NCBI RefSeq assembly: GCF_002571385.2
Contig: NW_019218284.1
Span: 110,839-174,838 of the forward strand
Source of the DNA: Stylophora pistillata
Lineage: Eukaryota
Reading direction: 5' to 3'
Length of the DNA stretch: 64,000 nucleotides
Shown here piece by piece: positions 24,646-37,000 of the stretch (position 1 is its first letter; the number at the start of each line of letters is the position of its first letter). Position numbers and translations under genes: made by a program. A model generated the notes under the pieces. It did not search any database and had not been told where the DNA came from. It saw only the letters and a program-made list of their open reading frames with translations.

Positions 24646-26761
24646 ATGCCGCTGAACATTATTAAGCAGAAATTCAACATGGCCGCCAAGAGTCCCGAAC
24701 TTTACCGCGAAGCGTTAAAGTATATGAACATTCATAGCGGTAAGATTGGAAGATACGCTGTACAGAAAACAATCGAGCATTTGAAAAGGTGCAATGTTGT
24801 ATTAGATCAGAATGTTAAGGAAATGAGGATCAACATTCCAAAGCCTGAGCCAAGAGGTGCAGAGTAAGTCAAATTATCAAGATACGTTGAATTGCCTGGA
24901 TTTCGAGGGATTCTTGCCTCTAATCCTCGGTATCCTAAGGTGATTGTAGGTATTTAAGATAGCTCTCGTCTTAATTTCTTTTGCAGACGGTTCTTCTATG
25001 AGAACGTTCCACAGCTGAAGTTTAAAAATCCCCATGTTGAATTTTCAGGATCGCAAAATCAATCCGAGCAAGCAGAACTCCTCATAAAATTTAGTAAGTT
25101 GTAACCGCTAGGCTATATTGGTACAAAATTACACAGAAATTATCGTCATCTACTAAGGCATAGCCAACATTTTCCCAAGAGGAGCACTTCCATTACTAGT
25201 GTCTTTGTTTAGGTGTATTTGTTGACCCTTTCTCTCCTAAGATCAAACCAGTAATTCTCCATACTGCCTACCATATCATACTTATGATGTCAGTTTGCTA
25301 TTGGATTAACTAATAATCCCCAAATCAATATTGTATTGATGTTGACTTCGGAGTAATTCTGTCTTGGTCACTTGAGAGTTATAGGGTTATAGATTATTAC
25401 CTTTTTGTACTGGTGGACTGGTGAGGATGTTTCATGCCTAATATGCACCTTACCCCAACCCCATAAAAAAGATGAGAGAAATCTGAAACCATAGGGGGTT
25501 TTTTAGTCTCATTTCGAAAATGGAAGATTAGCGGGGCTCGAGACTAATGGTAGCCAACTAGCCACGGACTAGTAGAATTTCAGTTTTGCCTAGTGGTTTT
25601 CCATTTCCACTAGCCAGTTTGGTTAGTAAGCAAACTAAAACTGTTATAAAATCTAAGTTGTCACCAGCCACTTGGCTAATAGGTTGAAAAGTTAGTGTCG
25701 AGCCCTGGATTAGTCCAAATACCTCTTTTTAAAAGATCTACCATCCTTCACATCAGAGCAGAATTCTAGCAAAAGTGGAACATTCTTATGAATAAAGGCT
25801 GATAGTTTCGAAAGAAACTGTTTGGGGCTGCGTCGGTGGGGGTAACAAAGTAATTTGGATATATCAACAAAGTTGAAATGGTAAATTGGCCACCGTAATG
25901 ATTACAAAAGCTGACGTTTCGAGCGTTAGCCCTTCACTGGAGGGCATAATTATCTTACACAACCTAAGAATGGAACATTCTTAGGTTGTGTAAGATATGT
26001 TTGAGCTATGCCTTTGAGTAAGGATCATGTGATCTTGGTTGCCAAAATAAAGATGGAAATATTTCATCAGGATTGTTTGCTTTAACTCCTGTTTTCTTTT
26101 CTTTTGCAATTTCATAGGTGATGAAAGACAAGAAAGAATTTTGCTTGCAGAGAAGGAACCATCACAGATCATGCAAGAAGTTGTAAAAAATGCAGCAGCA
26201 ACATCCAGCTCAGAGTAAGTAATTTTATTATGATGCAAAAAAGGTTCAATTACATTAAAGACCTTCCAGCAGCCTACTAAATCTGGAAAATTATTATTGC
26301 AGCCGTAATGATGGATGCATTCATTTGTTGTGATCAAATGACGTGGATAAAGTCTGATGAAACCAACCCTTTGGTCCTACGAGTAACCAGCATCTTATTT
26401 CTCCCTTCAACATCACACCTGAATCACACATTAAGATCAGGAGAATAGCAGAAATGATCACAAACTAAAGAAGCTCTTCATTGTTAAGACAAATTCTCCG
26501 TGTAAGCACCTTAGGAAATGTATAGAGAACCGTGTGAAGAATATGGATACTGATGTTGGAGAGTAAAGGGTTAAGGCATCTGCATATATATAATTAATTG
26601 TCACAATTTGCTAATTAATTTTTAGTTTTATTGTCATTGCTTCTCTCATTCATTGTTCAAAAAAACAAGCTATTCACCAGATAACCATGATTATGTATAT
26701 AAGGATCATCATTATCACTACTGACTCATTTTTCTTTTCCTACAGTGATGAAAATTTATGA
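24646..26761 (+). CDS. Divergent mS25-like protein (L51/S25/CI-B8 family), 4 exons, 134-145 aa, lacking the C-terminal Cys motif
   Basis: Exons 24646 (or 24679)-24863, 24987-25093, 26118-26214, 26746-26761; phases 2,1,2; open frame throughout. GRYAVQKTIEHLKRCNVVL..VKEMRIN..GAERFFYENVPQLKFKNPHV aligns with mS25 [32 protein letters not shown]. Confidence 0.85.
25532..25707. mobile_element. MITE with TIRs and 6-bp flanking direct repeat
   Basis: TIR cggggctcgagactaa / ttagtgtcgagccctg; gattag at 25526-25531 and 25708-25713. Confidence 0.75.
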
Positions 26762-27066
26762 CAAGATGAAAGTACCTGAGGTGTCACTTGAAACCCTTTT
26801 AAAAGCATTATGCCAAATTGTCATTTTCGACATTGGGAAAAAAAAAACAGTACATGTGAGCTTGTCAAATGACAATGCAATTAATGCAATCCATTTTCAT
26901 GAGCCAAACTGCATAGTGGTCAACTTGTGTACAATTCCTTTATGTGCCAGTTGTAACTGTTCATGTATAAAAGCCATAAGATGCCACAAACTAAATAAAT
27001 GCAATTTTATTCATATTTTCCTCTTTTTTCTCATTATTTCATGCCAGCTAAATTTAGACATCTGTA

Positions 27067-30000
27067 TCATGTTGAGTACATCATTCTGAAAGCGAATATA
27101 CTTCTAAGTGCTCTCTTGGCTTGTGACTGAATGTTCTCGTCAGTGTGATCTAACAGTCGCATTAGTTCTCCATACAATACATTTAGATGCTCTGTGATCA
27201 CAGCTTGTTGTTGCTATATGAGATAGACAAGAATTCAACAACCACCCAATTAGTCAGTTTCTCCTAAATCCATTTTAGTCCTGTAGACAATTAATCAATT
27301 AGTAAGTCCATCAGTATGTGTGTCTATCCATTTATCTTTATAACATAACCAAACTAAAGCGCACGCTCTGATTGGTCAATTTAGCGTCCCCCATTTGCCC
27401 ATTGGTGTACGCTGCTGACGTGAGCAAATGCAAAGACTACTTTTCCGCGCACACTTGTTTTTTTCTGGTCGCGTAAGATTTGTTAAATAAAAGGGAACTC
27501 TTTAGCTACAATGTATCAATGTCATGTTATAAAACAAATGGTAAACACCACAGCGTACACTATTGAGTTATGGATGCACTTGGGAGGTTTGCTAAGCACT
27601 CAAGAAGCCAGAGTCGCTCTCGGCTATTGCCTCGAGCGACTCTTATGCTTCTTTCGTACTTAGCAACCTCCCGCGTGCATCCATAACTCAATAGTGTACG
27701 TTGTGGTGTTTACCATTTGTTAAGTGTTGTCAGTCAGTCAGTCAGTTGATCAATCAGTCGGTTAGTCAGTCCATATGACAGTCAGTCAGTTAGTCTTTCT
27801 GACATTCAATCAGTCATGTAGTCAGTTATTTAGTCACTCACTCACTCATTTACTCACTCATTTACTCACTCATTCACTCTAGATCGCTATGCATTATTTT
27901 TTGTCTGTTGTTTCTTGTGCAGTAGTGCTAATTGTAGTAAAGTTTTGCGTGCGCTTTCTTTGTGTCATTGTTGCGTAGCATGTATTTAAACCATATTGTT
28001 CACTGTAGTTTGTGCAGTTTTTTCCAGTGCAGTTTTGTCAAGTGTAGTTTGTATATTTGTTCTTTTTGCTTTGTGCAGCTTGTTCACCACCAGGCAGGAT
28101 TCACAACATTGCAACAAATGTAAGTGTAGTATGTAGTTTTCATTGTCGTTTTCTTTGTAGCTTTCCTTGGGTATTTAGTGTAGTTTATATTATAAAAGGT
28201 TTTCGTTTGATGTTTTATTTGCAGTTGTAATCGTGTTGCTTTGTGTCGTGTCGTTTTGCCGTGTTGAAATTGTGCTTGTTAGAATTGGTCACCCATGGCA
28301 GTAATACACTCTTTTAGCCTTTCAGTCAGCCAGTCACTGACAGCCACTCAATATAGGATTGACTAATTCAATAAATCAATATGTCATGGCCAATCTGGTT
28401 TTGACTTTTTTTATTTTTAGATTTTCAGAACTAACTTGAAATCATTATTTTAATAATGTAGCACTTCTTGAATTATTTACCTCTGTGTAACCATCTGGAC
28501 TAGAAAGTAAGTTGGCCACAATTGTTACAGCTCTAAGAACTATGTCATCTTGGTTGTCTGCAAGCATGAATGTCTGCAAAATCAGCAGTGGCTGCAAATG
28601 GAGATAACAGATTCAGTTGTGCACAACTTCTATAATATGAGAAGAATATTTCTGTTTAAAAATCAACTTGAAAAACCTTCAATCCCAGTAATCGTTCCAG
28701 ATTAGTTGTATTACAAGACAAGTTCACCAACAATCGCAGAACCTCTTTCTGGGAAAACATAAATACAGTGAAAGAATTAATTACACACAATGTTAGATAA
28801 ATACATTTTGTTTTCACTAACAGGGATTGTACAAATGTTTAACTTAATTGTGTCCTAGTTGAATTAGTACTATACATTCCTAAATATAGGCATTTCCAGA
28901 AGTACTCAGTTTCTTTTTCTTTCCTTTTTTTTTTTTTTTTCTTTTTCTGGCTGCTTCTCTTGTATTAAGGAATATCAGAACCTGGGGATTTTAAACCTTA
29001 GTTTACAGCCAACATCAGTCTGTATATTCTCCATACTGTTCTCTATACATTTCCTTGGAAGATGACAAGGAGAATTCATTTAACATGTTATTAGTCCCTT
29101 TGTTAGTGATCATTTCCTTAATTCTCGTAACCCTAATGTGTGATTCAGGAGTGATATTGTAAGGAGAAATTAGATGCTGGTCATTCTTTGGGGTCAGTGT
29201 GTTTAGTTGATGTAACATTTATCTTGCCTAGGTGAAATAATTAGCATTACTCTAATAACAGGAGAGGGCAGGCTGAAGTTCACCATTATTTTAATTCATT
29301 TTCTTTTTGATACCTGTATTTTTTCTGAATGAGAGTGACATAGGATGTCAAAAAATGCTTGGGCTCCTGTCATCACCTCTTCATGGGCAATATTTGTTGC
29401 AGACAAATTAACTATGAGTTTTAAATGCTCAGTGATCACATCATCATCATCAATAACATCACAGTATTCAAGATTCTTTATAATTTCAAAGACACTGTCC
29501 TGGAAAAGAAAAGGCACCTCAGTTAACGCAAACAAGGTCTGTATATTAAAAGAAACAGTCAAACAAACAGATACAGAAAAAAAATAATCTACAGTCATAG
29601 TCAATGTAAAATTTAAACAGCCATGAAAACCTGACACTGAAGAGTCAATACAAGAAAGTTTGAAAGCATTGATTTGTTCTTAACGAAAAAGTCTGAGTAA
29701 TACCTTTAAACATTCTTGATTTTTTTCATTCATTGCCAAGTTGGACAACACTTGTACAGTCTTGATGATGATGGGTTTCTTTGGATGAGTTAAAAGGGCC
29801 ACAAGGCGTGAGAGACCTCCACACTCCCGAATAATGTTCTAAAGATACCATGTAAACAAAAATTGTCTGCCTTAATAAACAACCTTCTGTGAGCTTACAC
29901 TAAAGCATATGCTTGGTGGATCTAGATGCTTGTCAATCAAAAAATCTCAAAACCAAAGGATTGCATATTTTTACTCAGAGTATTTAATATCTACTAGTCC

Positions 30001-30991
30001 TGAAATATTTCCTGGCTTATTTAGGTCATAGTGTTAAAATGTTTTTTGTGTTTTAGGAATCAAAGTTTGCCTCCATCCCTTGTTTTAAATATTCCTGGAG
30101 CCACCCCTGATACGGGTGTCCTTTTCAAAGATCGATGGTGGAGATTGTGAAGGTTAAGGGATCATTAGGGTGTGCCTTTGAAATGTAAGTACCTGAAGTA
30201 GCTGACTACAATCTCAATCAAAATATAGGTTTTTTCAGGATGGGGAGTAGAGGGGGAGAGAGACTGGGCAAGATTCCCAGAGAGAGCATCTGTGAAACAC
30301 TTTCCTCATCCACGGATCCGTTAAAATCTTAATTCTTTCACAATCGCGAGTGATTCTTCCAAAAATTCGACACAATATGAGGCAGAGAGGTTAACAAGTA
30401 GAGAGGTAAACGGAAAATTAATTATGATTATTGGAACGTTCGACAGAAGATCTTGGCTTATTTTTCCTCGAAAAACTTCTCAATTCTGGATCGAAAGGGA
30501 GGATCGATCTTCATCTAGAAGCATTCCGCCAGTGAAATCCCTCTCCTGCGGTCCTTGCATGCATATATAGGCCTCTAAGGATTGATATTGTATCTAGCTG
30601 TTGTAGCGACAGAGAAAAATCTTACGGTTCAGCGTACTACCTGGTTTGTTGTGAACGCTGAGCAGTTCAGAAGCGCAATAAGAACCTTCTCTAACATATG
30701 ATCCTCTACTTTTTCAAGAATTTCCAGTAGAGAAGATATCGTTCCTTTGGTAAACTCCCCATGTCCGTTCTCTTTCAGTATTTCCGCCAGCTCTTGGTCG
30801 ATCGCAAAGGAACTTCCACTCTCATTGTCGCGTGCTTTGAACAACGATTCAAAAATATTTGTACTTCTTCCTTTCCTCTTCTTTCCCTCGTATTGTCTTA
30901 GGTAATAAAGACCAAATGTTAATGCAAGAGCTGCACACGCAGAGCAAACTGCATAAAGAACGATTCTCGCTGTCTTTCCGTTGGACTCCAT
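27067..30991 (-). CDS. ARMC10: Armadillo repeat-containing protein 10-like (N-terminal TM anchor plus ARM repeats), 6 exons, ~333 aa
   Basis: Exons 30991 (or 31018)-30641, 29838-29704, 29499-29314, 28748-28677, 28591-28481, 27213-27067, all phase 0. TM segment IVLYAVCSACAALALTFGLYYL; NCSAFTTNQNIIRECGG..LSNLAMNEKNQ and EVLRLLVNLSCN match the ARMC10/ARMCX pattern. Confidence 0.85.
27533..27722. repeat. Palindromic (hairpin) MITE-like repeat; half copy at 54935-55040
   Basis: aacaaatggtaaacaccaca..gagttatggatgcac ... gtgcatccataactc..tgtggtgtttaccatttgtt. Confidence 0.85.
27729..28275. repeat. (TCAG)n/(TCAC)n microsatellite followed by a TG-rich low-complexity tract
   Basis: Visible short tandem units in the last ARMC10 intron. 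Confidence 0.7.
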
Positions 30992-31089
30992 GTTGGTTTT
31001 TTTTGTTATGTATGTCATATAACACCAATATAGCTTCCTGTTATTTGTAGCCTCGCCTTCCCATGTAAGGTGCGGTAGCTAAGGAAAAT
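30992..31089. promoter_or_regulatory. Very compact bidirectional promoter ARMC10/GEMIN2
   Basis: Divergent ATGs are 71-98 bp apart; an ETS-like cttcctg core lies at ~31034. Confidence 0.55.
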
Positions 31090-34000
31090 ATGGAGCCGGT
31101 ATTGGGAACTTTTGAACAAGATGACTGGGAAAATGATGATCGATTCGACGAATCAAAGCTTCCATCTTCAGGTTATGAATATCTTCGGAGAGTTCAGTAA
31201 GTAATAAGATTCTAAATATCTTTTTTTTTGTATTATTTAAATCCCTTATGCATGGCTTTTTGGATACAAAATTCTGCACCTGTCTGCATAGCTGTCGTCA
31301 AGGAGGCTGAAAATTTTAACTCTCAGGATCTGATTGTTAATTCTCCTCTTTACGTGATGAGTGGCGATAATTTTTTGTTAGATCAAGATAACTTCCATGG
31401 GATGAGTTTGAGCATTCTTGTTATCAGGTTGTTGGATAATGTAAGGATATTATATGGAGAAATTACATGTTAATCACTTCTGAATGTAAAATTGTTAAAG
31501 GAAGGCAATTTTACTTCCAGTTTTGAAGCTATGCAGTGCCCTGATGTTGTAGTTGCCAGTCTTGACACCAACAGCTTCCAAAGCAAGCAGACTGTTCATG
31601 TGAATGAGGTACTTCTTGCCCAAGCAAATGATGTTAGCAATTCATGTTTTGATTTTGAAGTTACCTGACACACAGGTGCACAAAGTGACTGAAAAAAAAA
31701 ATTTGATCAGCATGATTAGATTTTAAAAGGAACCAAATTTATAGTGAAATATCTGATAATTGTTTACTGTATCCTGGGCTATTTTGGGGGGGATCGGATA
31801 ATCAGTAAAGAGATGTGAAAACTGAATAAGTCACTGGTATGAAAAAAATAATAATAAAAGTGGAAAAAATTACCACCATTTCGTTCCTTGAGTGTGACTA
31901 ATCAGATATAATACATAGTTTACTGAATAACAACTCCTGAACAAATAGCACTGCAGTTCAGGCTTGTTGGACTACAGCCTACTGATCAGCAGTGCCACCT
32001 GTGAAAAACACTCCTGTTGTACAATAGGCATCATACAGACAGATAGTAAGAAAAGAGTGTGTTGTATTGTACATCTAAATTTAATGAAGTTAGTAGAACT
32101 TTTGAGACATCTAACAAACATTTTATTCCGCTCCTTTCATAGTTGTTTGTTGTGTTCTGTTTCTCAGAGATCTGGTTGGTCACCGGCTCCAGCTGGATTT
32201 GCCCCCTCAGCTGATTGGCAGACGGAACAAGCTGCAGATTTTGCCGATATAAGACAAGTAGGTGCTTACAATTAAATTCTGCAGCCTTCTCATCGGCCGA
32301 AAATTATATAACTCTCTTGCCATCTAAAACCACCAAAATCAATGGTGAGTTACAAAGCTTTCTCACTGCACAATATGAAGAAATTTGCTCTCTTCTCTTC
32401 ACCTCGGTTCCCTTCACTTCAGACTGAGTTGTAGCATAGTGTATCCACTATGTGCCTCTCTTTGATGTTATAGTTGTTGATTCTTTGATTTTGTATGCCC
32501 ATGACCTTGTGTGGTGAAATTCTTGTCACAGTATCCTGTAGTTATTGTTGTTTTGTTTTACTTTCCCTTTTTTAGCTTCTCTAGTTTTTGTTTTCTGGTG
32601 TAAGATTGTGAACATTTCTTTCAACCTATGCAATTTGAATAGCTGAGTGAGAATACCAGATGATTTTGAAAAGGTATTTTACAGGAAACTTTTTTACTTA
32701 CAGAGATGGTGTCGAATACAAACTTCTTTTTTTCTTTCATAATTTTTAGAAACTTGCTCATCATCGATCAAAGCCTGGAAAAGAGTATTCCACAAAGCTA
32801 GCTTTGGTAAATCCATGTACACCACAATTTTTTAAATCATAAAACCATTTACATCCAGAAGGGCTTGACATTACAGAAGGGTTTGTCAATTACAATTTCA
32901 AATGAATAGATTTTTCAGCAACTAGGTACAATAATAAGAATTTAAGACTTGAGGGTGTTATCCTGATCAAACTTGAAGTTCTTTTATCAAACTATATACG
33001 TTAGAAATTTTGTGCGGTGAGATGAGAGAATCGCTAATTAGTTCATAGAGATGATGTACACATTTCTTTGTCTTGAGTGTTTGCGCTTATGGAAGACTAA
33101 TCTCACTAATTATTTTCTAAAATGTCCTTCAATTTTGTAATTCATACTTTTTATTATTTGTATGCCATACAGCCAAGGAAATCTGATTCTATGGGATGGT
33201 GTCAATTTTGTCTTGGAGAGCAGATTGCAATGAAAATATTTGGCAGGTGATGGTTTTGTAATGAAGTGTAACCAATTTTCACAGCATGTAGTTACTTCTG
33301 ATGTGATACTTAATATATTGGCTGCATACAGCTAGTGTTTTTTACAGGGGATGAGGTCAAGAGTTGCCAAAAGTAAACCATAGGTGAACCTGTATTATCA
33401 GGGGTCACCCATGGGAAATGGCAGAGTGAATGCATGTTTAAAACAGTTTGACTTCTTAATACAAGTTGACTAGTGAATTACTTACGTGAGGTTGGTGTGT
33501 GATGTTAGTCCCACAGTTTACTGGCATGTTGGAGTATGATTCAGCAAGTCACACCAAAAAACTGAATTTTTTTTGATTCATGTTCATGTAGCTTTATAGT
33601 TAGACACATACATGTCTGATTGATTTTTTCACATATTTTTCTGATTCCTTGATACTATATCAGAGACATAACATAAAACTTTGTTTCTACTGAACAGGAA
33701 AGATAACAAGAAAACTGTTAATGATGAGAAAGCATTGGAAGGCAGCAATTTACAAACCACCAATCAGGTCCATTAATCTTCTTGTTGTTACTTAACTTAT
33801 TAATTTGTGAATAGTTTAACCCTCGAGAGTGACTAGTATCTAATTGCTTCTTGCAGTATGACGCCCCTGAATCAATTGTTAAGGGCACCAGAATAAGGAG
33901 AAATGATTGCTAACTAGAGAAGCCCTTTGCAAAATGAATTCACCTTGTCAGCCCCTTAAGAAATGTATAGAGAACAGTATAGAGAATTTGCATACTGATA

Positions 34001-37000
34001 TTTGGGTGTAAAGGGTGAAAAGGAAGTTACCATTGACAAACAATTGAATTAAATCATACATTGCCCTGTGAGTGTTAATGAAAAACAAACCAATCCTCAC
34101 AAGTGAAATGCAATTGTAGAAATTGTGGGAAATTTAACTTTAAAAATTTAGGATGTGGCTCTGATTATTTAATGCACTTGACATATTCTATCGAGGAAAT
34201 CTCTTTTTATTAGTAGGAACTCGCTCAATATTGAATGGAAACTTAAAACAGTACTTTGCTGGGGTAGAAATTGTTGGCAAAACTAAAATGAATGAAAAAG
34301 AGAAAAAAATATGGTCACAGATGGAGAAAATTCTTGTGATACTCAAGGTGTTAGTTGCACTTATAACACATTTTATTGAAAAAATTATTATTAAATATCC
34401 TATTGCAGGAGGGAACACCTCCTCTACTGAGTGTTCTTCTTCAAATTAATCAAGTGAGTCAAAACGAGATCAATATTGTAGATTTTAACTTTGTAGTAAA
34501 GACTATGTTGACGTCACGCCATCACCCAACGAAACTCTTGCGTGACATCCGAAAGAATGTAGGAGCTTGAGATGTTTTTCGTCTTGTCACGAGCGTGAGT
34601 CCCCATGAGTGATCGAACCATGAGGAATCAGAAATTTTTGTTTGTCCCACGCTCGTGGCTACGTGGCTAGACGAAAAAAACATTTCCATATTTCTTTACC
34701 GAGTTCAAAATTTGATATCTTTCTTATTGTTTACGATCCTTAAGTATAGCTGGGAAGAAGACCCCGAGAAACTGGGATACACTGTGAAATTACAAGCTAT
34801 TTGAATGGTGCTCTTGCCCGAACTTTGTTTTGTTTTAGTCGAAGTTACATTTACTTTACAGGCGACTTTGCTGCAAGTTTTAGAATATCACGTGGAATGG
34901 CTGGAAGAAATCGGATTTTCCCATGACCAGGTATTGATAGGCCTGTCCAAATTTGGACAAACAGGTGTAATATAATCGGAATGGTCTAACTAGCGATTTA
35001 ATAGTAAAAAAAAAAGAGATTAATGGACTTTTATTTCGTTTGTGGCATTTAAATTTGTCTTTATCCGTGATGATAAGACGGGCTTGACTTCGAACGGTCT
35101 GTCTTGAAATGTGTGGGTTTTACAATCTCGCGCGTTCCACACGGAACTTTAATGAACCGCTATACTTCCGCAATTTCTGCACGTACTTCAAGCCATGCAG
35201 CCAACGATATCCTTGTAAAGTAGGCGATAGACTGTTTTTCAATGTATTTTATTGCCTATTTACACAGTAGATTGCTATCCTCTCCTCGAAACATGTGTCT
35301 ATCCCGTGCAAAATACGATTTTTCATCAGCGAACTATATGATGTGGCAAAGTCTTCGTAATTTTAGAATCGTTCTTGTAAACCTTAATCCCTTATCTTGA
35401 AACATTTTTTTAGAGGTGCATTTTTTTTCCCTAGGGGAAGTGGTTTTATGCTCTACTTGTTTGCCTGGAGAAACCACTTTTGCCAGAAACCACCTCATTG
35501 CTTCGCACTCTCGCCAGACTCTGCGCAACCCTGAGAGCTTCGCTGGTATGTACACGTGAACTGTTAAAAGTCAAAGTTACATAACCTAACGCTAATCAGC
35601 GTGTTTATGACTGAGGTTCGTAACAAAATCCAATCTACGAAAACAGTCTTCCTCGTTCGTTAGACAAGTGCTGCTAGTTTTTCTTAACCAAGTTTTCGCT
35701 TTTGCTCTCTTTCTCTGAAACCGCGATGGCAAGTCATTAAATATTTCCATTCGGATCTCAACGCAATTCACATACTTTATGCTTAAGTTGAAGTATGGTG
35801 CTGTAAGAGACGGTGAACACATCTGCATTTGCGAAATTCTAACCAAAGATATCATTTCATTTTTTAAGCGACGTCTTCCTCGTAATTAGTCTTCCTGTAG
35901 TAATTAGCCGTTCTTTGTGATTCATGCGCTGTCGATTTGTCGACAATTAAGATTTGAAATCCTTCTCGTTTCTTGTCCAATTGGCCGGTTATTTTATAAT
36001 TTTACGAGACATCTGACGCAAATGGTGCAATCTTGCCTTACAATTTTATCAGCTACGTATGCAAATCGAGGGCTGTGGCACTGTTTCTGTCTCTTGCGTT
36101 GCCGAGGGAACCTAACCTGTTTTTTGATCCGGCTCAACAGGTCTTTTATTCCACGGACTAAATCGTGTTCTCCAAACGTGGTAGAGTTGTGATAATTTTT
36201 TGTTCCATCGAAATGAGATGAATGTATTTTACTCGAGTTGATCTCAAATTTCTCGTTGCCTATGACTGTTGCGCCATATAGAGGAGGATATAATATAGTG
36301 ACGTAGGCAGGCATGCATGTGATCCTTCGCCTTAAAAGCGAGAATTCAGGCAGTGATTGCATAAGCAAAAGAAAACCACGTTTCGGCGTGTTTGTTGTGT
36401 GTCGGCTGTTATAGTTACACCTCAAGGCGGGAACATACTTATTTCCAAATGAGTTTGGTTGTGCACGTTGAGAATTTTCCAAACTTTTCGTCAGAAATGC
36501 AAGAAATTCGACGGTTAGACAAATAGAATACCCTCCGTAAACTTGCTGCTAAGGATAGTGACGCAGTCAAGACCGACACGAACGAGAAAACGCCAAGTCC
36601 AATACAGCACTGCAGTTGGTGTCTTTAAAACGCTTCAAAAACCGCCGGCGGTTAACAAGTCAGCCCATGGCAAGGGCGCCCCAAGTCGTTGAGCGACGCG
36701 ATCGTAAAGCGCACCTTGTCCGTCAGTTGATCCTGCTATCCTGGAAGGGCGACGCAAGACTAACTGAGAATGGACAAAAACTCAGTAACGAGAGACTCGC
36801 GCTGTTGTACGAAGACATTCTCGAATCGCTGGATTTTTACTCCATCTTCCATGAAAGGAGAAGGCAAAATGAAGAACTGTATCGTATCGGTGAGATATAC
36901 TCGTTTTTTCAAGGCGAGTTTTCATTGATAGACTTACGGGTGTTTAGCTCTTCCGCAAACTCCACTTTTTATATATTTTTTGTATCATAAAAAAAATTCT

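Noticed and set aside
24646-26761. Calling the plus-strand gene MRPL43 or NDUFA2
   Set aside because: VPQLKFKNPHV and the shared intron phases fit mS25 better; the symbol is withheld pending phylogeny.
35994-36482. 162-aa minus-strand ORF in the GEMIN2 intron
   Set aside because: Non-ATG start, no recognisable motif and no supporting splice structure.
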